A stretch of DNA of 32,132 nucleotides, from the NCBI GenBank assembly GCA_016748015.1, contig JAAOMT010000199.1:1-32132 (forward strand), given 5' to 3'. The translations under genes and the position numbers were made by a program. Shown piece after piece: positions 22,701 through 32,132 of this stretch (position 1 is its first letter; the number at the start of each line of letters is the position of its first letter). The notes below the pieces were generated by a model that saw nothing but the letters and a program-made list of their open reading frames with translations, searched no databases and had not been told where the DNA came from. Source of the stretch: Geosiphon pyriformis uo1 (lineage: Eukaryota; Fungi; Glomeromycota).

Positions 22701-25700
22701 TTAATTAATTATCCAATATTTTTCTTTTCAAAAGATAGTTTTTTACAACTTGAAACAAAATTAAATCACATATTAATAAAATATCTATTATTACCTAAAT
22801 CTATATTATTATTGCTTAATAAAAAAATATTAATTACTTCTATTCTATTAATACTTTATATTGATAAAATTTAAAACTTAATCATATTGAATTAATAGCT
22901 CTTAATTATGACTATTGACAAGATACTAATTTCTTATTTTTTTTTCTTATTTTTTTTTGATTTTTTTTGATTTTTTTGATTTTTTTTGTTTTGTTTCTTT
23001 GTTGTTTACTAATTGATTAAAAAGATTAAGCACTAAATATTTGATATTAAAAATAACCTGATAAAAAACTTGTAAAACAAGAGTAGAAAACTTATAGAAT
23101 TAAGAATAGCTTACTAAAAGAGCAAGACTGCCAGAAAAACTGGCCACCATACTAAGAAAAAATTTACAAAAAGAACTTCCAGAACAGGTGCTAAAACAAT
23201 TATTGAATTTCTGTTTATAATACAAAAAACTCAATTAAAATCTTCAAATTACAAAAATCTTTAGATATTACCAATATTATCAAGCTATTGAACACCAAGT
23301 TATAAATTTATTATTTGTATTAACACCTCAAATAATTATTTGTACCACTATTTTTATTAAAATTACCATTCAAAATTTTAAAAAAAGATTTATTCATAGC
23401 TTTTATAATTAGTAAAATAATTTTTTTAGCTTGAATCAAGTGTATTACCAAAGTAGTATCAACATATAACCCCAAAATTAATACAGAAAGTTTATTTTTA
23501 AAAAGCAGCTTAACAGACAAAAACTAATTAGCAACTTTAAAAACTTTGTACATATGTTTTGCTAAAACAATATTTATAATAATCACAATATCAGAACTCA
23601 AGTGATCAGAATCCAATCTAAAGGTGAACACTTAAACATTATCAAACTTGTTAACAATTTATGAATGAACTTTTCCCTTCAATATTGTTTTAGTAATAAT
23701 AGAAATTAGTTTGTTCATTTTTTTATATTAATAAATAATATTTTCTTGCTTAACAAACTTGTTCATATTTTTAATATTACATATAACAATTTTTCAGATC
23801 AAATCAGTGATTGTTAAAGAAAAATGTTTAAACCCAAACTCTTATTATTTACCTTGGCCAGCAAACTTATAATTATAATTGACAAATTGTTTATTTTTTT
23901 TTTAAACTTCATAATGATTAACTGGTTTAAAAACTTTACTTTTGTAATAGTCTCTTTACTAGTGACTGCATCTAAACTTTTATTCATTATTGTATTTGTT
24001 TCTTGATTTTGTAATAAAAATATTATTAATGATTAACATTTAGAACCAGATTGAAAAATTATTGTTTTGAGTATATTTAAATTCTTAATCAGCTTGTTAA
24101 TTTGCTCTGCAAAACTAGTAAAATTGCACTTAAAAGTAGTAAATTTATTATTTATTTTTTCAGACATAAACAAAAAAAGTCTTATTTTTAAAAAAAAGCC
24201 AAAACTTAAAAAACTATTATATACAAAAAAAGAAAGAAATAAAGACCTATTTACAATTTTTGCTTAAAAAATACCACTAAATACAACAGAACAAGCAACA
24301 AAAACCAAATATTTAACATATATGGCTGTTAATCTGTTTTTATTTACTTCTAATAAGCTCTTATAAAATAAACTACTAGAAGAAGTTTTTCCACTTATAA
24401 TACAGTTTAATAATGTATAATCTAATTTTTTATACTTAATATACTTGGCTAAATTTAGGTAAAACTAAAATAGATTAATGTTTTTTAATATTAATATAGT
24501 TTCTATGACAGTTTTTAATAATTTAACAGAATTAAAACAAACAACTATACATCTGATTTAAGCATATATATTTAGATAATAATCAATAACACAAGTTTTT
24601 TTATTTATAGATCCAATAAAATTTTAAATATCATAAGCATTAGTTCTAACTAGTAGTATATAAAACAGCACTCTATTGTTATTTTTTATATCTTATGATT
24701 TCTTGTTTATATTAGCTTTAACTACATAAATTGTATCCTTTTTAATTAAGATAAACCACTTAACTATAATTAAATTAGCATGATCTGTTTGAACAAATTC
24801 AATCACAGTCTTTTGCTATAGCCCTATCAATCACATTCTGATTGATTTAATCTTATCAAATCCAAATAATATAGTATATACAATCTTAGCTAACATTCTA
24901 ATTAGTATTTTTTTTATTACTACAGTTTAATCTAAACAAACTATTGATTTTTTAAGATTGGTATTTACAATAATATCTCCAGTTTTTGCCAAAATAATTG
25001 CTTATACCAAAGTAGATTCAGAAATAAATATAGCTTTAATAATACCAACAAATTTTGAGAAAATAAAAGCTCTCTAAAACTATTAATTTTTAAGAATAAT
25101 TTTTTTATTACTATAAATTTCTCCTAAAATAATTATTTAGCAATCTTGTTTAAACAAATATTTAAAGCAAAAAACTTTCTAATAAACATATTGACCAGAT
25201 TTTTTAATAGAAAAGAAAGAACCAAAGAAGTATTCAAAAAATCAATCTCTTTAAGTAATATGTTTAAAACTTTTTTGGTTACTAATCTAAATTTCTTAAG
25301 CATTAAGTTCAAATTTTTTCTAACAAAAACGTTATTTTTTTTATAGTCTACATTAATTTTTTCTATTAAAATCTTTTTTTTATATTAATACTATTAGACT
25401 TAATAATATTGCCAGTTTTAAAACTCCAAAAACTTCTATTTGCTTTCTTATTAAAATTATTTTTATTAATAATGCTGTTATTTAAAATATTTTTTCTTCT
25501 TTTTTTCTTAAATAAAACATTTTTGTTGATAACTCCAGAATCAAAACTTTTAGCAGTTTTCTTTATAATAACAATATAGACTAATAACAACTTTATATTT
25601 GAACAAGAATAGTTTAAATATATCAACTTGAATAATTAAAAAAAAGAACTAAAAAAAACTTTTTTATCAAAATTAAAACTCTTTGATAATTATTAAGATA
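19728..25700 (-). mobile_element. LINE 2 (APE-RT non-LTR retrotransposon), 3'-truncated, heavily decayed, interrupted by solo LTR E
   Basis: ORF1 at ~25570-23900 with a decayed CCHC knuckle (~24390-24440). ORF2 APE start *KIVICNIKNMNK..KQ..II (~23790), GNFN (GDFN, ~23360) and KTIDYIF (~22335). RT IALIKTAYKI (~21150) and AFINNTI (AFVDDTI, ~20765). Confidence 0.82.
22460..23347 (+). mobile_element. solo LTR 'E' (888 bp), TSD TCAT/CTAT (ancestral CCAT), in the LINE 2 endonuclease
   Basis: TATTACTTATAG...TTTGTACCA. Removing the LTR and 4 bp restores GNFNKNSFYKCVSFKKCLDLGLV in frame. Confidence 0.88.
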
Positions 25701-25719
25701 AACAAAAAAAAAATTTTTG

Positions 25720-27857
25720 TTTTAAAATATTGCTATATTATTTTTTGATAAATTAATTTGGAATTTGGAATACTATATAATAGTTAATATTAATTACTTA
25801 AATTTGACACAAATAATAATAAAAATATTTTAAATAAATAATAATTGTTTTATTATTTTTTTGTTTTATTATGTTAAAATAGTTTTATAAATAAATAATA
25901 CTATTATAATTATTAAAATATTAAAGAAATATCTTTTTAAAAATATTAAATATGTTAAATTTTGTGGTAAAATTTTAATATTATAAATCTGTTATGTTTT
26001 ACAAAAAGTATAAAATTATTTATAAAATTTTAATATTGTTTTAATTATTAGCAACTATAATTTTTTTATGTTATAAAACCAGATTTAAATATTATTTTTT
26101 TTGTTAATAAATTTTTTTAACTTAATAATAAATATATATACTATTAGTATTATTGACAAAAAAAGTAAGTATATTAATAATAATAATAATAAAAATAGAA
26201 TTTCAAAAATAAGTAATACTAATAGTAGATTTACTAATACAATTAAATTTAAATTTATTAAATTTTAAATTATTATTTGAATTATTAGAATTTGGATTAT
26301 AATAAATATTAAAATCGGTTTTTCTTTAACTCTTTCTTAATTTTTTTTAACTTAATATTATTTTAATAATTAATAGAACTAAAATTGAATTTAGAGAATT
26401 ATAATTGTAATAATATAAACATAAATAACTATAATCTAAATTTTTTAAACTATTTTTTGAATTTACTTAATAAATAACTATTTTTAAAACAATTCTGGAA
26501 AATAAGATTTGGTTTTGCTGTAAATATTAATACAGTTCTAATGAAATTTAAATAGTTTTGTTAAAAATATAATAATATAATAGTATTAATAACAAAATAA
26601 TTTTTGGTTTTTTCTATAAAAATATAATTATTTTTTTAAATATTGTAGTTAATATTTAAATAAATAAATTATATTTATAGTTTTTTGTAATAAGTAAGAT
26701 TTTTTTTGTATATAATTATATATTTTTGTTAAAATACTTACAAAATTGTATAATTAATAATAATTAATATTTTTTTGAATTCTTTATAAAATACTGCTTT
26801 TGTAAATTTTGAATTAACTGTTTTTTTAAGCTGTATTTATTTATTTATTAATATAAAAATTAAATATTAATTCTATTAAAAAATAATTGGTAATTAATTT
26901 TAAAATTTCTTAAAAACATTTATATAATGTTTTTATAAACTTTAAATAATTTGTTTTTGTTAATTTAATTCTGTTATTTTTGTTAATTATGTTTAATAAT
27001 GCTCTGTTTTTTGTATATTATTATATTATAAAAAGCATCAAATATTATTAATTGCTTAAATAGAATATTGGTTAATTTTAATTTATAATTTAGTATTCTT
27101 AATTATTAATATAATTAGAAAACTTTAATAATTTAAAGATTTTAAATAGTTAAATTTTTTATATAATATATAATATTTGGTATTTAATTTTTTTAATAGT
27201 AACTAGTTTATTATAGTATTATTTATTTTTTTGATAAATAATTTAATTAATTAATTCTATGCTTATTTTTGTGTTTTTTATCAAACAATTTTTAATATTA
27301 TAATTTTAATATTTTCTGGTAATTAATTAATTAATACAAAACAAAAAATAAAAAAAAATAATACAATAAAATTTTAGTATCTTATCAATTACTATAATTA
27401 AAAATTATTGTTTTAGCATAGTTAATAACTTTGATTTAATGTTTGGAGCATTTTTTAGAAATAAGTAAATTTTAATATAATAAATACAGTTTCATTATAG
27501 TTTAAATATTGAATAATTTGATTGATTTTTTTTATTAAAAAAGTGTTTGCTTTAAGTGATAAATTTTTAATTATTAAAATTACTAAATAAAAATTACAAA
27601 TAAAATTTGTTTGTTTTGTTTTTAATACTTCTGTTATATATATAAATCTTTATAATACAAAATTTTTAGAATTTCTATAATTTTTTTAAGTTATTGTTAA
27701 AATTCTTAATATTTCTAAAATCTTGGATATTTTTGGCAATATTTCTGAAATTTCTAAAATTTCTAATATTATATGTTTTAATAATTTCTACTATATAATT
27801 GGTTAATTATATTATATTTAATTAATATTTATTTTCCTATTTACTTTATAAATAATA
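25720..27857 (-). mobile_element. extremely decayed Gypsy element 4 (5' LTR, PBS, gag remnant) cut by LINE 2
   Basis: LTR F with an adjacent PBS remnant (TGATGCTTTTTATAA, ~27026-27040). Faint gag-like blocks lie at ~25800-26800. Confidence 0.6.
27043..27857 (-). mobile_element. LTR 'F' (about 815 bp), highly AT-shifted
   Basis: Start TATTATTTATAAAG, CCAAT (~27800), GAAATTTCAGAA-type repeats, TATATATA (~27640), hairpin remnant (27386-27410), T-tract and end TAATA. Confidence 0.68.
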
Positions 27858-29700
27858 CCAAATAATAAAGTATTTTCTTAATATTTGTGATATTAATTCT
27901 ATTTAAATAGGCAATTTTATTTCTTTCATTTTTTTAGTTTAAAAATAGGAAAATTTGTATTTTTGTTATTAATTATTTTTAAAAAATATCTATTTTGTTC
28001 TAAAATATATTAATTTTTTTTTAAAAAAAATATATGTGAAAACATTTTGTATAAATATTAAGAAAAAATATTATAAAACTATATATTAACTTATATATAT
28101 GCTTTTTATTTAAAAAAAATTTTATATAAAAAAATACAATTTAATATTAATATTTCGTTTAAATTTAATAATTTTATTATTAAAAAAATGAAAAATATAT
28201 ATTTTTAAGCTAAAAAATATAAAATACTTGATTTTTTTATTAAAATATATGATAAACTAGCAAAAAAAATTTGTTTATATAATTTTTTTTTATTACTTTA
28301 TTATTATTAATTTTTATTAATTATTAATATATCTGCAGTTAATAATATTAAGTAACTTTTAAGCCTAAATAAAAACAAAAATATAAAAATATGTTTAATT
28401 TTTAATTTTAATAAAAAGATATTCTTTAATAAAATTTTTTTCTTAAAAATACTACTTATAAACTTTAAAATAATGATAATAATAAAACTTTCAAATTAAA
28501 TGGATAAAAATAGAAAACTAAATGAATATAATTTTTTAAACTCTCTTCTTAATTAATATTAGATATTAAAATAAATAGATTAGCACAAATGTTTATTTTT
28601 AATATGTACAAAAACTATATAAAATTTTCACATTTTTTATAATAGAGGTAAATATAGTAAATATATCATTTTTTTTAGAAATAATTTTTTTTTACTGATA
28701 ATATTTTTAACAATACCTTATATTTCATAAAAATTTTTTAAACCAAATCCAACTAAGCATCAAAACTGTTTAATATTTTCTAATCTTTAGTTTAATAGTT
28801 TTATTTATTTTAAATTAGAATCAAGTTTATAAGTGCAATTTGTGCCAACATAATTACGAGTATAAAAACATAAATGGTTTATGAAAACAAAGCTTAAAAG
28901 TATAAAGAACATAATAGTTTATCTATAAGTATATCATTTATTATTAGAAATTTTAGATTTTTTGGTTAGCAATTTAAGCAAAAATTATATCAGGTTTTTA
29001 GAGTTGTTATAAAAATAATAGAAGTGAAAAAGGATAAAAGAAATTTGTTCTAGTTTGTCATAAAACTGCATTTGTTCTAATATTTAGAAATTATATAATA
29101 AAATATTCGAACATTGATAAGTAGTATAGATGTATTTTTAAAAGAATGGCAGAAAAAAAAAATTTAAATAAATGTTTGGGGTCAAAAAAATGGGTCATTA
29201 AATATTATGAAAATAATGAAGCTGTCTTTTCAGATATATATACATAATCAAAAAATATAAGAGATATAGTATTTATGTGAAAGAAAATAAAAATTGTAAA
29301 TAGTAAAAAAACGAAACAATAAGTAATAAATTGACTATTAAATTCTGTATATATTATTATTGTCTAAAAAATAGTGTGTTATTAATTTGAGATGATTGAC
29401 AATTAAAGAAAATTTGCTAATAAATAAATTAGCAGTAATACAGTCAAGAAGTTTTAAATTTTATAGATTAATTCTGGAATAATCCACAAAAAATTCTTGT
29501 AATTTAATTAATGTTCAGCATTATTAGCATAGAGAATTTAATAATACTTTATTGATTAAATACTTCAAATAAAAATCAAAACTAACAGTAGAAACATACT
29601 TTTATAAACACAAGGTTTTAGAATTCATAAAGATTCACACAACTTTACATCGTAGTTTTTTATTAAATTAGATTTAAAATTACGTTTTGCTTTATAATGA

Positions 29701-32132
29701 ATGCCAAAAACTTACTCTGTTTATTTGAATCTCTTACCAGTGAATATAATAAAAGTCAATTAGTAAAATGTAAGACCAAAAAAAGTCAAAAATGATGACA
29801 TGTATTAGCTAGTGTTGCAGCAGAAAGAATAACAGAAATAATTAAGTATTTTCCTAAATTAACTATATTACTTGATTCTCTAAACAATTATTTTTTATAC
29901 AAAAGACATTATAATCAAATTGTTGTTAAAAAGTCTTTTATTAAATAAATTAATAAATTAAATGATTCAACTTTTTTAAATTTAGAAAAAACAGAAAAAA
30001 AAACCAAGACTTTCTAATAATAACAAGTTGTTAGAATTAAAAAAAAACTTTTTCTGATTTTGGAGTTCAAGTATTCTTGTCAAATCCAATATATAAAGTT
30101 TATATAAAACGAATACAGAAGCTAGAAGATATCAATTAGCAATAATTATCTGAGAATGCAATATTAAAAAAGCAATTAAATAAAGTATTTAATAATTAAC
30201 AAAGTTATATTAAATCCATAACAGAAATTGCCAAAAGAAAATGATGTAATTTGTATAATGATATAATAAGTTTGAAAAAAAATCATGAACATTTTAGTCT
30301 AGATAGTCTTTTAAAGTATTGTCTTTTAACATGGCTTGTAAAACAAAATTTAGTCATTATAAGATTTATTAAAACTCTTACTCATAATAAAGATAAATAT
30401 CAAAATGAAAAGGAAAAGCTTTTTAAGTGTACTGTAGCAGTTGATGCTATATATGAATCAAAGCATTTAAAATATGTTTTCATTATTAATTTAGCCACTT
30501 TAGCAATCAAATATTCAGTAACAAGATTAAAAATAGTTATTAATATTGATAATTATATTATAAGTTCCAGTTGCTATAAAAGTTTATTAATTGATTAGAA
30601 AGTTTGGCTATAAAACAGTTAAAGCTTTCCAAAGAATTTTTATTGTTAGCCTTTAATAATGAACAAAAAGGTCAAAATAATTACTTAGATCATAGATATA
30701 ATACAATCATATTCAATATTGTTATAAGTTTTGTTGCTTTTAATTATAATCAAATTAATGATATTCAAAATATAGATTCTTGGTTGTATTCTGAACTTCC
30801 TGAAAAAGAATATGAGAAATTATTTTTTTTAACTTCAAGTATAATAAATAAAATTTATAAAGAACTTACTAATTATCTTACTATTATTTTAGAAGAGCTT
30901 TGTGTAAAGAAAAGTCAAAAAACAAATGTAATTAATGAATTAGTACAACATCAAAGCCAAATTGGTTTTCTAAAAAAATGTCCAGCTTGTTAATTATTTA
31001 ACATTGATAATAAGAAGCAAATTTGTTTTATATGCCATAATAAATTACTAACAATTACTGAGATAAATTAATTAAATAAATCAGCTGACATTACTGAAAA
31101 ACCTATTTTTTATTCTTATAAATTTGAAAATACACAATTGTATTCAGAAATTAAGATTTATATACCACAATTATATGTTCTTGATTCAATAACCATAAAC
31201 TTAAATTTAATTGCCAATATTCAAAAAATTTTTAAACATATTGAAGAACTATTTGGCATTAAAGATAGTAACTGCAGATAAATTGTAATAACATGTAATG
31301 AAGTATCTTATTATTATGTACAAACAATTAAAAAAGACTTTCTTTGGCTTATATTGGTTTCGGATGCTCTTTATAAAAAGATAAATATGCTAAAAACATT
31401 TGTTGAACTAAATAAGAATATTAATATAAAATACTTTGCACAATATCAGAAATATTGGAGTAAAAGTCAACTACAGTTTTTTAAAAAATGTTCTGATCAT
31501 TATAAATTATAAGATTTTATATGTAATATATATAGGTATGCAATAGCTTCCAAATTAATGTGGTTATATGTTGTTTTTAAGGAAAATTTATTTGTTGAAG
31601 ATTACTTAAAATAGGCCCAAAATGAAACAAATCTCACATTTAGCTTAAAGTATGAACAAGTTTTTTTTATTTATAAACAATCATTAACTTTTGCACTGAA
31701 ATTTGTTTTAATAAATCTTTATTAAAACTTGTGGCTAAATGAATATTTGCACCAATTTGGTCTGTTCAGCACTATTCTATTTACTAATTAATTGAAATTG
31801 CTGATAAAAAACAATAACTATGATTGAAATTTGAAGTTTGTAAGCTGATTCAAAAAAGAATTGTAATTTTTTAATCTAAACTTTTAAATTAACATCAAAA
31901 CCATGATGCAATACTTGAAAAAATTAACAAAATGCTTAAATCATTGATTCTTTCTATATTTTCACAATGGCATTGAGAAATTATAGTGTATAACTGTATC
32001 AAATTTGAGAGATTATATATTAATCTCTTTAATGTTATTGAATATTCTAAAAGTAAAATATACAGATCTTATACACATTCTAGCTTTATTGCTGAATCAA
32101 ATCAATTTCGAGTTCAGATAAAAAAGACACAA
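29701..32132 (+). pseudogene. decayed large DDE-type transposase, Academ/DUF6589-like, with a CxxC...CxxC zinc ribbon; runs off the window
   Basis: Fragments LLLAFNNEQ (FDNEQ), KKCPAC..ICFIC, IVITCNEVSY (CDGVPY), LILVSDALYKKINML (PGALHEEMNML), FFKKCSDH and HQNHDAILEKINK (D..LE..N). The family assignment comes from recalled motif spacing and was not searched. Confidence 0.55.

Noticed and set aside
25720-29000. Organellar DNA insertion, suggested by the extreme AT content
   Set aside because: The recognisable parts align with decayed LTR/gag, and there are no tRNA, rRNA or respiratory-gene motifs.

Overview
This is an AT-rich eukaryotic window (probably fungal; the element types resemble Glomeromycota/Mucoromycota TEs, which is inference only). 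It consists almost entirely of nested, decayed transposable elements, and no intact host gene is visible. It holds four Ty3/Gypsy LTR-retrotransposon bodies (598-6789 minus, 6790-11725 plus, 12426-19409 minus, ~25720-27857 minus) and eight LTRs or LTR ends (TGTTA...TAACA type, three of them solo LTRs with 4-bp TSDs). It also holds two APE-RT LINE remnants and a decayed DDE-type (Academ/DUF6589-like) transposase at the right end. The Gypsy lineage is unusual. Its pol order is PR - conserved Cys/Trp-rich unknown domain - dUTPase - second dUTPase-like domain - RT - RNase H - IN. Its LTRs share an 8-bp hairpin with a 9-nt palindromic loop (HIV-DIS-like geometry) and a U5 segment complementary to the PBS. 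Insertion sites converge on a WYGG/CCRW 4-mer. All elements carry heavy C:G to T:A decay, including at non-CpG sites, and decay increases from left to right. Internal domain boundaries are approximate; LTR termini and TSDs were read directly.
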